From contig MU619288.1 in NCBI GenBank assembly GCA_025201805.1, forward strand, positions 132,068-196,067: a DNA stretch of 64,000 bases, read 5' to 3'. The stretch's first letter is position 1, and the number at the start of each line of letters is the position of its first letter. This document shows positions 11,674 to 25,225 of this stretch, one piece after another. The DNA comes from Parasitella parasitica NRRL 2501 (taxonomy: Eukaryota; Fungi; Mucoromycota). Position numbers and translations under genes: made by a program. The notes beneath the pieces were generated by a model, which was given only the letters and a program-made list of their open reading frames with translations, searched no databases and was not told the DNA's origin.

Positions 11674-13104
11674 ATGTCTGCGTTTCGTATTATCTCAAGA
11701 CCTCTCCAGAATAGCCGCCGCCACCTGAGCACTAGCCTGGCTTCTCATCTTGCTGCCGTTACCCAAAGAACGGCACCCGAAGCATTGTCTGCTGCTGCTC
11801 TTCATGCTGGCGGCCCCATGAGAAATGACTGGAGTCGTGAAGAAATCCAATCCGTCTACGACTCTCCATTGATGGATTTATTGTTTCACGGTGTAAGTTT
11901 CATGAAAGCACATGCCAACAAACGTAATTGGATCATTCATCATCTCTTTTTCTCTAGGCCAAAGTCCACCGTGAGAATTTCAACCCTAGAGAAGTACAGC
12001 AATGTACTTTGCTGTCCATCAAAACAGGCGGCTGTACCGAAGACTGCAAGTACTGCCCTCAGTCTTCTCGTTACAAAACGTCTGTCAAAGCCCAAAAGAT
12101 TCTTGATTCAGAGGAGATTCTTTTTGCTGCTCAAAGAGCTAAAGATGCCGGTAGCACAAGGTAATGTTACAATCAGCTATGGTAATCAGGGAAATTAATT
12201 TGTTTTAGGTTTTGTATGGGTGCGGCGTGGAGAGACTTGGCTGGTCGCAAATCGAACTTCAACAAGATTTTGGATCATGTCAAGGTTATCCGGTAAGATA
12301 AAGCACGACGTATATACCAATGCGCTGGGCCGCTCACTCACTCCTATAAAAAAAAAAGCTCTATGGGAATGGAGGTATGTTGTACGTTGGGAATGTTGGA
12401 TGAAGAGCAAGCCAAGGCTCTGAAAAACGCTGGCTTGACAGCTTACAATCACAATTTGGATACTTCTCGTGAATATTATCCCAAGGTAAGATTGCCAGGT
12501 TCTTACCCAATTACTCTCTGACTCACTCGCTTGGAATACGTAGATTATTACTACACGTACTTATGACGAACGCTTAAAAACAATTGATAATGCTCAAAAT
12601 GCCGGTATCTCTGTCTGCTCTGGAGGCATCATTGGTCTAGGTGAAAAGGGTGAAGACAGAGTCGGATTACTGCACACCTTGTCAACACTGAAGCAACATC
12701 CTGAAAGTGTGCCTGTCAATGCTTTATTGGCTGTTGAGGGCACCCCTTTGGAAAAACAAGAGCCTGTATCGGTTTTTGAGATGGTTCGTATGATTGCTAC
12801 GGCTCGTATCATTATGCCTAAATCCATGGTTCGTCTTTCGGCTGGTCGTGTTCGCTTCTCTGTTCCTGAACAAGCCATGTGCTTTATGGCGGGTGCCAAC
12901 TCTATCTTTACGGGTGACAAGCTGTTGACCACTCCCAACAATGAAATTTCGGACGACAAAAATATGTTTGATTTACTTGGCCTTGTTCCTAAACCACCAA
13001 ACTTTGCTCAAGGCTCTGATAAGAAACAAGTTCCTGTTTATCAATCACAAATGCCTAAATGCTTTAAGCCTAAACAGGAAGAAAATGTATCTGAAGTAGC
13101 ATAG
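11674..13104 (+). CDS. BIO2: Biotin synthase (radical SAM), mitochondrial; multi-exon
   Basis: Arg/Ser-rich presequence; [16 protein letters not shown] (CxxxCxxC); YNHNLDTS; PESVPVN; VRLSAGR; [15 protein letters not shown]. Confidence 0.96.
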
Positions 13105-15262
13105 ATACGTGTGAAAGATTTTTATTCATCAGGAATAAACAATAGATTTCTATAATCAGCGTGCTAGATATCTTTACGTTGTTAACAGATGCATCTATAA
13201 ACAGATGAGCGATCCTCGTTCCAAAATTAGTGGTGGTATCAACTTTATCGTCATTAGCACGCCGTCTCTCATTACCGTCCTGCATGTGGTGCATAGCCAC
13301 TATTTAAAAAGGGGTTGATGAAAAGTTGCACAAAGGAGAGGATGATCTTATTTCATCGATATTCATTTTCTTATTGACTGGAACAGACTGCAGGGTAATT
13401 TATTGAAAAAAACCTTAATTTTAAGAGTTTGTGTGTCTAAATCCGGTTCAAGTCGTCTTCATGAAAATTGGCAATTCAGGACCCAAGTTTTCTTCATATA
13501 AAAATTCTCCACTCATATAGCAAAAAGAAAAAAAAAAGATGCGTGCATAACAATGGTTTTGATATCTACATCTTTAAGTAAAGCTTCTAATTTTTCATAC
13601 AATGATATTTTTCTTTAGTTTTTGACGCATAATAAAATTGGATCATAGGCCGTGTTATCTTTTTTGGGTCGAAAGCAAGTATCACGAACGCACAGCTACC
13701 ACGTCAAATGCATTCATTTTTCCTAGGTACAAGCATAAATGTTTTGATACCTATTTGTCATGCGCAAAATTCCTTCAATATTAATCTACGTACATACGAT
13801 TGCATGTAACAATGTGTATTTTTTCAAAGGTTTCTCAAGCTTTGAAAACGGTGCTTTTTAATGCATTCATGTGTCATTTATTCCTATTTTTAAAGCAACT
13901 CGTTTAACTCCAATAATGCTTACTTTGGTGCAAGATTGCTATTCTGGCTGTATATTTTATTCTTATCGTTTGCTTGCTGCAACAACGTTTTTTTACATGT
14001 GTCCGTCTCCAAATGAATTACGTTGGCCACATATTCAGGTGCTTTCATCGCGATATGTTTCATTTCGTCATGCGTAAATTTGAATATTTTCTCTACGTAA
14101 AGATGTTGTGAAAAACTGATATCAATTAAACATTTCAAGTTTCTTTGCCGCATTAAGTGTAACTTACTCTTCAGCTTGTAATAACACATTAATATATGCG
14201 TGAATTTACAAGGTGCGAGTCTTTCAAGTAATTTTATGTATGATGCTAATTTACTCATAAAACTCGCTTCAAGAATTTGATCTAAAAGACAATTCCTAAA
14301 TAAAGAAGTTTCATGGCTTAAACCCGGGATTAATGACAATTTTAAATAAAACTGGTTTATTCTGCAAATGGTACATATAGATCATGTTACGGTACATGTA
14401 TATACTATCCTAAGCTGCGACTTGTTAAACACATTTCATGTATTTCGTGTTAACATGCGACAAAACAAGATAACTTGGCCAGCAGCGATAGCTTATATGA
14501 CTCAATGTATGCTTGCTGATTGATAAACAGCTAACGATAGATACTTGTTTATGCTCACATTCTCTTCAAAAATAGTAGTTTTCCTTTAAAGGGCTCTTGG
14601 CCGCTTTCTTTCATCCCATGCATGTCATCCTCACTCAAACTTGTCAATGCTGCATGTTAATGAATCTCGAGGTATTTTCCTTTTTGCTCTACTGGCACAA
14701 GCAAGTAAATCCATCATCCTATCTTATATCGTCCAAGATGATCATTGTATTACTGCTCCTTGTTTGAGATGATGAATGACAAAAAGGCGGCAACCTTAAA
14801 ATATAGCGAGTGCAACTTGAGGTTGTGATGAATATTATAAAGAGGAGCAAATGTCACTGCGAATGATGCTTGTACGAGCCAAGTTAGTTGACATGTGATT
14901 GGGCCACATTTCATTTATTTATATCATATCGTCTTTCTATAAATGAGTTTCTCTTTTCTTTCCTTCAATTTTTTTTTAGACTTCGCGCCATTTAACTGAA
15001 CAGCTCAAATCACGCAGCTCCCCCATCCTTTCATTTGAATTCACCCATTACTTTTTTTTTTTGTCATACAAAAAAAGTGGACTATTCGCCTCAAAAAAAA
15101 TTTTCTGTTCTTGCAATCTCAACTTACTACAAGCAAAAAACGTCAATTCCTTTGCTTCAATTCAACTATCATCTATATTAATTAAACGACGTAAGAAACG
15201 ATATGTATAAAAAGCACATTGCCCATAAACTAATCAAAATTGCTTTACAGTAGCAAACAGGA

Positions 15263-16538
15263 ATGGGTCAATTAATCTCTGGTTTAAATCTTCGTCCTGG
15301 AGATACACTTGTACCTGAACTGGGTTTCGATCTTAAAAGTAAGTCGCTTTTTTACTTTTTGTAATTGTAATAGGGTTACTAAACTATAATTTTTAATCCA
15401 GATGCCACACCATCTAGCGACGAGCTTCAGATGTATAATAAGCTCTCATCCTCTCTAGTAGAGCCAGGCCCTGCTTTATTACTTCTTTTGAAGAACTATG
15501 TTCCTGCTTCTGATCAAATCCGTGATGCGATCGCTAAACCAACTCCTGAAAACGAATCTAAAGCTTGGGATGCTGTTACCCCTACAGTCGATTTTTTGCG
15601 TAATATTTATGGCTATTCAGCCGATCTTCGTAAAGTTTAGAATAGCATTCAACTTGATAATTTTACTGAATTCAATTGTTTATAGAGGAAGGATTACCAA
15701 AGCTGTTAGGAGTTTTGTGCCAAGGTGATGTTAGTAAAAACCTGGAAAAAAATCAAGGTTTAGCAAAGCTGTTTGCTGAATTACTAGATTTTGTGTTTGA
15801 ATTTGATAACCTAAAGGTAAGATTTAATCTTTGGTTGCGTTAACAAAACTGGATTATTAACCATCCCATAGATGCATTGCCCAACGCTTCAAAATGATTT
15901 CTCATATTATCGACGCATGCTGCAACGAGGACGTCACAGTGGTCATGATGGACGAGATGGCGATGAGAATCTCGTGTCAGATTTAAGGAGTGCTATGATT
16001 GAAGATGACCAAGCAAACCGTATATCACTTTTTATTGCTTATCCCACTCCTATGCTGAAATGTATAATTGATACTACTACCGTATTTGTAAATAATAATC
16101 AATTACAAAAGAGTGTGGGGGATTGGCTTGCTGCATTATGGTCTACTTGTTTCAATACAGTTAGTAAAAAGAGGTAAACATCGGTTATCAAATGTTGATG
16201 CAAAAGTGCTAATGTCAATTTAGAAAACAAAAACCTGAAACATCTGCATTCTGTATGAAGGTCATGGTGGTTTCAATCATCTTGTACGATCATATTGACC
16301 CAAATGGCGCCTTTTACAAAAATTCACCTATTAATGTAAGTCTTTCACCTCGACAAGCGTATTTATACTAACATTTCCATAGATCAAACATTCTGTCAAA
16401 GTTATCCAAACGATTACAACATTGAAATCAAATGAATACAATGCGACAAACCTATTGTCTGCTTTACGATATAACTCAAAACACCTCAACGACGATACCA
16501 CTCCAAAAGGTGTCAAGAATTTAGTGTTGGCTACATGA
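15263..16538 (+). CDS. FAM49: CYRI/FAM49 (DUF1394) Rac1-interactor homologue; multi-exon, with a 5'UTR intron
   Basis: MG start; [73 protein letters not shown]. Confidence 0.9.
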
Positions 16539-17453
16539 AGAGAGCATCAATAATTTTCGTACAACATTCAATAACTCTATTTTTACCTATTAATATTTGC
16601 TTTTTTTATTTACTAACGACTTAATGTATCTCACGTTTTCTTTTCTCTTTTTCTCTGGATTTATCTGACCCTATTTTTACCATTATTACTTACTTTATTA
16701 CACACCAAATTAACAATAATAACATCTTTTCTTTTTATCTTTTGCATGTAACACATCCATTTCCTTTTGAGTTTTAACAGGTTGGGTTTCAACCTTATTT
16801 GATTCCACTTTACCCTACAAGCGAAGCTGTGGCGATGTATGTTTCTTAATTTGAATCAAATCCGATTTTAATAATTGATCTACAATGATTAATTGAACAC
16901 AAGCCTTTTGTATGATATCTCATAATAACCAGCAAAAAAGGACCACAAGAGTATTTACTATGTTTATTAGATATATAAAAATTCAAGTTATTGTACAAAT
17001 ATAAGAGCTGTCCATTCCGTCGAACTACAGTGAAGAAATACTATCAGCCAAAAACTACTATATTGGCGACGGCATTGTTTTTGAAACGTCTGCTCCATTT
17101 GGTTTGATTGAGACCTCACGAGAAACTACGGATCAAGTAAAGGCTGCAAATGGCTTACTATCAATGTTGCAAGCCATCACTCAACAATTCAAACAAACTG
17201 ATAATCAAGTATTTCAGAAATTTTGAATCTATTTTTTACATGCTTCTCAGGACTGTAATAGACTTTGGACCTTTTAGTTTGGTTGATAAGGAGCTATATG
17301 CTTTGAGTAGAGTAGACTGTTCAACTAGTCTAATATCCTATTCTGATCAGTTCAAGGTAGTGTTTATGCATTTGGCTAATCGTTTCTGGAATTTGAAGGT
17401 TCGTACGACTCGAAAAGCCATTTATTTGAAATAGCAATTCTATTTCCTTTTAA

Positions 17454-18634
17454 CAAGCTGCTACTTGATGTTCCTTCATCTCTCAAAAATTAAGACGGGA
17501 CCTTGACAGGCACAATAATAGACTTAGTACAATTGTCTTTATTTTTGTCATACTATCTTGGGGCTTTTGGAATAATTATCGATTGTACCGAAGTTATATT
17601 AGTAGCAAAAAAAATACTCATCTGATGTTGGCATGCGCTAGAAATATCTGAATCAGCTTATAGATCTATTCTACTATGAGATATGACCGAGAGCTAGCTC
17701 TTAAAAGCCCAAAATATGCTAAAAACGTCGACTTTGAGCTTTGATATAGGCCGCTACAGCTATGCTCTCCGCTTCAGACCAAGTGGGAATCAATGCTGGC
17801 ATATAGGGAATTGTTCCTGGACCCATAGCTCAATTTTTTTTTTTCACTTTGCAAATCGATGAAATTTACCCATTTTTTGCCTATACTACCACATCCAGAT
17901 TTGTCAAAACTGCCTTATCCTCGATTTTGAACGCAAAAACGACATTTTTTACTATGGCAAGTATTAGACGAAAATGACCGTGAAAGGTTACTCTTTGACT
18001 GGAAAGAGTAAAAATGCGCCCCAAATTAGCTTATAATTTAGCTTTCCTGTCAAATCTGCTTTTGAGGTTTTCTGGAGTATGCTTGTTCAAAAATGTTAGG
18101 AGAGTTACAAAACTAACACCATCGTATAGAGCATCCAAAAACACATTAATCATCATAGACTGGCACGGGTGGTATACATAGTATTACAGGGAGATATCTT
18201 ATCCTAAAAGAGTAAAAATATCTTCGATTGATCCAAATCGAGTTCCAGAAAGAAATGTCTTCTTTATCGCAATTTACACTCCGCTTTCAGAAGAAACGGT
18301 TTATATCACTTTTGGGACAAAAGAATCAGTTTTGCAAAGCTATAATGCTTTCAAATCAAATGCAAAACAATTGAAATAAGCTGAAGTAAATTAATGTGTT
18401 TCTTAGCTTTCTAATGATGGCACTTTTATGTCTGTACCTTACCTAACCGTTGCACGCTCCGATTTTGAAATTTTCTTGTTTGAAAGAATAGCTGCCTTCA
18501 TCAGATGCCATTTAGTCAGTGCGAAAATCTGCTCTAAACTGTGCAAATTATGATATCGTATGACACTTCATGGCTTGATGTATTAATTAAAAGTACTGGA
18601 TCTTTTGTTTGAGAGAATTAAATATTGTTTTCTA
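17454..18634. repeat. ~1.2-kb dispersed repeat, copy 1 (copy 2 at 55154-56374)
   Basis: Direct near-identical match to 55154-56374; the core has only scattered substitutions, the left ~130 bp is more diverged. Confidence 0.95.
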
Positions 18635-19442
18635 CTAGTTTATTTCGTTTCTCTGATTACGTCGACCTTTGCTTCAGGCCTGCAGTGAGTTATTCAATTT
18701 GATGCAATGCTAAGAATATTGGATGGCTGTACTAACCAGCTCATTTGGCACATAAAAAGTGCAATTGCCTTTCTTGGTTAAGCATTGGGTCCTAAACAGA
18801 TGAAAATTTATGCATGTAAATCGACATTTAATCATTCTGTTAGTTGGGTTGATTTTCTTGCCAGGTTTATGAGGCAAACTGACTTCTCCTTCTATGTCTC
18901 TTTCTTTTGGAAGATGCATCTACAATTACTTGATTTAATAATAAATTCATCAAGAAATATGATGAATAATAATGCAAAAGTGCACTAGTCCATATTATTT
19001 GATGAGAGAATGTCTTTTATGATATCAGTTGGGGGCATTTGTGAGAGCGATATAGGTGATATTTCAAAGTTGTCTCGAAGATCAGAAGCAGGCTTTTTCC
19101 TAAATCCTTCTAAAGATGTAGCTTTTTTAAGATCTGAGACTACGAACTTGCTACCAATTTTTGTGATTCATTTTTGTGACACATTTCTGTTAAATGTCTA
19201 GCTCAAAGACATGTTCAATGGCGCTAAACATTTGCAAATCCATCAGCGTTTCCAAAATATGTAGTAGCATATCCTCACATTTAACATTGTAATGAATGCA
19301 AATGTTGCTCATATTCTTTTATATGGTTCTATCACTTTCTCTAGCCACTTGAATTCCCTAAATGGCAGCAAAAACAATACTAAAAATACTCGATGTCATG
19401 GTAAACGCATTTATTGTATAGAATATAAGCTAGTTACAAAAT

Positions 19443-20173
19443 TTAAGCACGGCCAAGACGAGCGTTACGGGCCAATTGACGAGCGTTAAGCTTGACAACC
19501 TTCTTATCATCAGCACGAGGAACAACTTCATCCTTTTCAGTGAGAACAACCTCGATGTGAGAGGGAGAAGACATGAAAGGATTAATTCTACCGTGCGCAC
19601 GGTAAGTGCGACGACGGTGCTTGGGAGCTTGATTGACGACGATGCTGGAAATGTAAAGTTCTTCGACGTTTAAACCCTTGGCCTTGATATATTTCAGTTA
19701 ATTTCCCAACATGCCGAATCAAAACATTGCGTATACTTTACCTCGGCATTGCTTTCAGCATTCTTCAAGAGGTCAGTAACAAATTTGACAGACTTGACGG
19801 GCCAGCGACCTTGAGTGGTACCGAATTCTTTGGCTTGGGAAGCACGACCGACACCACCGTTGAATTTACGGAAAGGAATGACCTGCTTGTGTTCGGTGAC
19901 GTTGTTAAGATAAGCATAAGCCTTGGATAACTTCAAGCCCTTGACAGCAACAGCAACTTCGTGGGTGTTTTTGAACTAAATGAATGTATAGATAGTTGGC
20001 AAAATGTGAGTTTAGATCAATCTGATTCGCACAAAATCACTTACATGGACACGGAGGTAAGAACCTCTGGACTTGGAAGCTTCACAAAAAGTTTAGCCAT
20101 TGCTTTATCATTCATATCATGTCAAAATCTTACCCTTAGCGGGGTTGGCTGGAGTAGCAGCGTATCTGACCAT
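19443..20173 (-). CDS. RPL17: 60S ribosomal protein L17 (uL22); exons 20173-20134, 20079-20045, 19975-19742, 19682-19443
   Basis: [32 protein letters not shown]...GRWPVKS...[22 protein letters not shown]; probable 5'UTR intron 20188-20507. Confidence 0.96.
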
Positions 20174-21267
20174 TGTTGCTCAACAGACTATTTGATTTTA
20201 AACGAAAATTAATACAAGTTCTATAATGGATCAGTTGGCATGCAATGAAAAGAGTTGAAATAGATGTTTTGTATAGAAATAATAGAATGGTGAGTATTGT
20301 GCAGGAGAGACTTGGTCATTTTGGTGTTTTTTGGCACTTGAGATTTTTCTTTGCGTACATCCTTGAAACAAATCTTAATTATTGACCATCTAATCCAATT
20401 TTTGCGATGCATCTATCGGATCAATGGCGCATCCTAGTCTTTGTTCTTGTTCATGCTCTCTCAAAACTCTCTATTTCAATCTTCATGCATCCTATCGGTA
20501 TACGTACTGTCGAATAAAAGGAAGGATTGACTATGACATTGTTTGCATCTCATGTAATCTTTGTTCAAATATTTCCGGTCCGGATGCAATTTGTTTCTTT
20601 GGGAAGTAAGAGCAAAATTTTCAACCCGAAGGAGGTTCCTGGCCAATGGCTCTCCGGGTAATTTGTCAAACTCTAAGCAGAAATCAATAATGAAATATGT
20701 ATATTCAATACGTTTTTGACTGATTAAATACAAATTTTGTGGTTCCGTATACTATCAGACACTAATTTTTTTTAGCTTTTATTGATTAAAATAACCTTAT
20801 TATCAAAACTAAAGTAGATTTGAAGTCTGTAAAGTATATCTACATTGTATTTAGGATAGTCTACTGTCGTTGTTGGCAGCAAAATTGCTTTTTTTTTTTG
20901 GCTTTTTTATAAACTCCGGTTTGCACAACCAGGAAGGAGCATTCAGAATTAAAGGTGTTTGATTTTACTGCAAAGATAGCACCTCCTCTTTAATCATATC
21001 TTTTAGGTAAGTTCAATAAGGTTTTTTTTAGAGGGTGAAGAATATGAATATGAATCGATTGATTTGGATCAATTATCAATGTGTCAATGACCAAACGAAT
21101 CAAGGATGGATGGATAAATGAGTGGATGGATCCTCTTGAAATTTCCAATATCTGATATGTTCATATTCTTCATTCCTTATGACAAGAACTCTGCAATATA
21201 TGCAATGTACTAACTTTTATTTTCTGTTTTATATATATTTTTTTATCTCTTTTAAATCATTTCAGTC

Positions 21268-21952
21268 ATGGGTGGTAAGTTTGATGTATAAAATGACACA
21301 TATGCTTACCTAATCAATTCCATTAACTCTTCTGTTTGCAATAGCCTACAAGTATCTCGAGGAACTTGCCAGAAAGAAGCAATCTGATGTCTCCCGTTTC
21401 TTGCTCCGTGTTAGATGTTGGGAATACAGACAACTGAATGTCATTCACCGTGCTTCTCGCCCTTCTCGTCCCGATAAGGCTCGTCGTTTGGGTTACAAGG
21501 CCAAGCAAGGTTTTGTTATCTACCGTATCCGTGTCCGTCGTGGTGGTCGTAAGAGACCCGTCCCCAAGGGTGCTACCTTCGGTAAACCTGTCAATGAGGG
21601 TGTTTCTCAACTCAAGTACCAACGTTCTCTCCGTTCCACCGCTGAGGAGCGTATTGGCCGCAAGTGCGCCAATCTCCGTGTCTTGAACTCCTACTGGGTT
21701 AACCAAGACGCTACTTACAAGTACTATGAAGTTATCCTCGTTGATCCCTCTCACAAGGCTATCCGTCGTGATGCTCACATCAATTGGATCGCTAACCCCG
21801 TTCACAAGCGTCGTGAAGCCCGTGGCCTTACTGCCATCGGTAAGAAATCTCGTGGTCATGGTAAAGGTCATCGTTTCAACAACACCAAGGGATCTGGTCG
21901 TCGTGCTACCTGGAAGCGTCGCAACACCCTTTCTCTCCGTCGTTATCGTTAA
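21268..21952 (+). CDS. RPL15: 60S ribosomal protein L15 (eL15); exons 21268-21274, 21344-21952; 5'UTR intron 21007-21265
   Basis: [52 protein letters not shown]; TACTAAC branch point in the UTR intron. Confidence 0.97.
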
Positions 21953-22308
21953 ATGTCTTGTTGATGGCTTTCAAATGCCTAAAAGAATCAAGTTTTGGTC
22001 GTCAATTGATATTCTAATTAAACAAAAAACTAGTTTCAAGTAGACATTTGTAGTTGATGAACAATTTTGTAATTGATTGATTTTTCGCAGTTGATTTGGA
22101 GTCATTTGATGAGATTGCTGTAGACGATGGCTCAAATGGGATATATTTGTTTATTTCATCAAAAGGATTAATGTCAAAGAAACAATTTGTATTCATTTAT
22201 TAGATGAAAAGGATACTTGAAGATGTTGTAAACTATTTATCGCAAATGCTTTTATTTGATGTTAATCCAGAAAGAAGAAGAAATTAAGTATATGGAACGA
22301 TTCAAAAA

Positions 22309-24383
22309 CTAGACTTCTCTCGTGTCAGGCTTGCTAACAATATGGGGAGAGCCATTATTCTCGCCACCAGTCATAAATGTTTTACTTCCTGAATCTGTCA
22401 ATTTATCGCTATCATAAGTGCCAGCTGTCATGTCCACAGTGCCTGAGTTATGAATGGCGCCTGTCATACCAATCGCAGTGTTATCACTGTACCCTGCAGT
22501 GTAGAACTCTTGGTCTTGATAAGCCTCGCTTCCGATATGATTATTGTCGGCATAAGGATAATAGCCACCAGTAACTGGGTTAACATTACTGTAAAAGTCA
22601 GCATCTTCTTGATTATATACATTGTCATTTACAGGAGCATAATAGTAATTATCAATATTGGTGGCAGTGTGAGGTGTAGTTGGTGGATAGTCATCCCTGT
22701 AAGGTTTCGAGTTTCTGTTGTTGTCAGGTGGTACGAGTGCACGGGCTCCATTAACAACTGGAGCACTTCCTCCCCCTCCTCCTCCACTATCAGATGTGTA
22801 TTCAAACATTTCGTCTGCACTTTTAGTCTGCATTTGATTCTTGTTGCGTCGGGTTCTTCTATATAGCAAGTAAAATAAAGCAACTATAATCAAAATGATT
22901 AGATGAGATGCAAACAGTGCATTTTAAGATACATTACTCAATAATGTAGCGCCACAAAAGCCACCAACAACACCACCAGCAATTGCACCCTTTTTCGATG
23001 AAGATTCGGTATTATTGTCTATGTCGTTTAAATGTTAATATGAATAATAAATATATCTGTAATTATTAGCTTACTTGGGAGTGCAGTAATTGAAGACGAA
23101 GCTTGTGCAACACTGGTAACTGATGTAGTTTGAGTAGAAGAAAAAGTGGTAGATATGTGGCTAGAAATCGAAGGTATAGCCGAAGAAATAGAAGTGCTAC
23201 TAATCATTGTATAGGAAATTACAGGACTACTAACAATGGGTGATGAAACAATTGGACTAGACATCATTGTGGATTCAACAATGACGCCACTGGAAGGAAT
23301 GACATTACTGAAAGGAATTATACTACTGGTTGTAGTAATGGATGTAATTGCAGGCGTGGCTGTGGTCGTTGCTGCAGGTATTAAACTTGGTTTGGATTCA
23401 GCGACTGAACTTGAAGACAAAGTAGGCGCAGCTGAAGATATTGTGGTAGTTGTCGAAGGTTGAGTGGGAGTTATAGGTACTTCTGTAGTGCTGTGTGTTG
23501 TGGGTGTAGTTGAACTAGTATTTGGTATAATAGAGCTAGAACTACTAGTAGATGCAGCTGTTGTAGTAATGGGCTTCACGGAAGATGTTGACCCCAAGAT
23601 GGAAGATATAGTCGAAGTCCTTTCAGTGGAAGATGCAGTAACAGACTCAACTGAGGTTGGCGTTCCCGCAGTAGGCTTACTGAAAGAAGAGGAGCTAACT
23701 GGTTCATTTGCACTAGAAGTTTGCTTCTCCTCAGAAGATGTGGTAGTAGAGTTATCTGTCGTTGTTGCTCGCTTGACTGTGCTTTCAGGGCCATTGTTGA
23801 TTGTACTCGAATAAGCAGATGTCGATGCAGCTTGATTATTAGTAGTTTCGCTAGTAAGACTGCTCTTTGTTCTATCGTCTGTTGTGGATGTGGTTTGGTC
23901 TTCGTTAGCAGTTGTTGCATCAGTACCATCGCGAACAGATGTAGCGGCGACTCTGCTAGTTGTCTGTGTTTATAATAAAAGTAGGAAAGGTTCCCAGTCA
24001 GCGAGATTATTCTGAAAAAAAAAAATTGGCTCTGTTACCTGATCGCCGGCACTTGAGACTCTACCATTATCCATTGCTGGTATTTCTCGCTTACGATCAT
24101 TAGTCGTAGAGGTATTGCTACTATCTGATTTTTTGGGTTGATCATTACTGCTGTTGTCAGATTTTTCAACTATATCATCGTCAGTTCCTGTGGTCGAATC
24201 GCCTCTTTCAAGAATTGCAGCATCAAATGAGCTGGCAGCGACAGTACTCGACGCACCAACTGCAACATTGTTCACAATTCTGGATCTTTTGGCTAAAAAT
24301 TTAAGATATAATTTCTTTGCATTTGTGCTACGATGAAGTCCAGAAATGGAGTAGATCTTTTTTTTTGTTACTTTTGTAACCAT
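22309..24383 (-). CDS. Ser/Thr-rich single-pass membrane protein (Mid2/Wsc/Msb2-like surface mucin or sensor); 4 exons, start uncertain
   Basis: Long S/T-rich ectodomain; spliced TM segment GAIAGGVVGGFCGATLLIALFYLLY followed by RRTRR; Tyr/Asn-rich tail ending KPDTREV. Confidence 0.8.
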
Positions 24384-25225
24384 GTTTAAATGATTGTGGC
24401 GATCGTAAGAATGAAGAGCAGAGAAGAAGAGGAAAGGGGAATACGATTTTTACGATTTTTTTCATTGCTAAATATTGTTCGATGCTGTTTTTAGCTGATT
24501 CAAAAAAAAAAGCGGAGCTATCCAGTATATAAAGAAAGAGACACTTGTCCAATTAATTGAATGACGAAAAGTGGTGATTATTCGACTCAGGTACCAAAGT
24601 ACTGTTGGAGAGCCAATCAAACAAATTTTGCTATCTGTTTTCACGCCTGATTCGTAAATTGTTCTTTGTATTCTTACAATTAATAAGTAATTCATTGTGG
24701 ATCCAAGATTAATTAACTGCTACTGTGCTTCCACTCTCAATTTACCGAATGTTTGAAAACTCTGCCCACTTTTGTGAAAAATTTTGCACACTTTTAAGAA
24801 GCTAAATTTCCCAAAAAATGAAACTAATTTGGTCAAGTATTTGAATTTAATTTGCCCAGATTTTTTTAAAGTAAATTACCCACTTGAAAGAAAAATAATT
24901 TGACCAGACAAATTGATCACAAAGGATCTAATAACTTTCTTATTTTTATATATTTGTGTAGATTCGTCAGATTGGATAATTGAAAGGACGGATCTACAAC
25001 AAAAGCAGGTATAAATAGGGAGAAGTAAGAGGATTATCTTTTATTGTATCGTATAGGGGTGCCTTAAGGTTGACGTTTCTGTCTTTTGTAGCTCATACTA
25101 ATAGAGGGTGATGAGGGTGATAGTGATGAGGATGAGGATGATGAGGTTGGTGTGCTACGTAGCGGTGGTCTTTCCAAACAGCTGTTGACCCAGAAAGTGT
25201 CATTCTGATTTTGTGTTTTGTTGGA

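Noticed and set aside
13871-14339. 139-aa minus-strand ORF
   Set aside because: AT-rich, non-ATG start, no motif or codon bias.
19683-20082. AAG 3' splice sites in RPL17
   Set aside because: AAG acceptors also occur in LSM3, U2AF1, PPX1 and ALDH here, so they appear ordinary for this genome.
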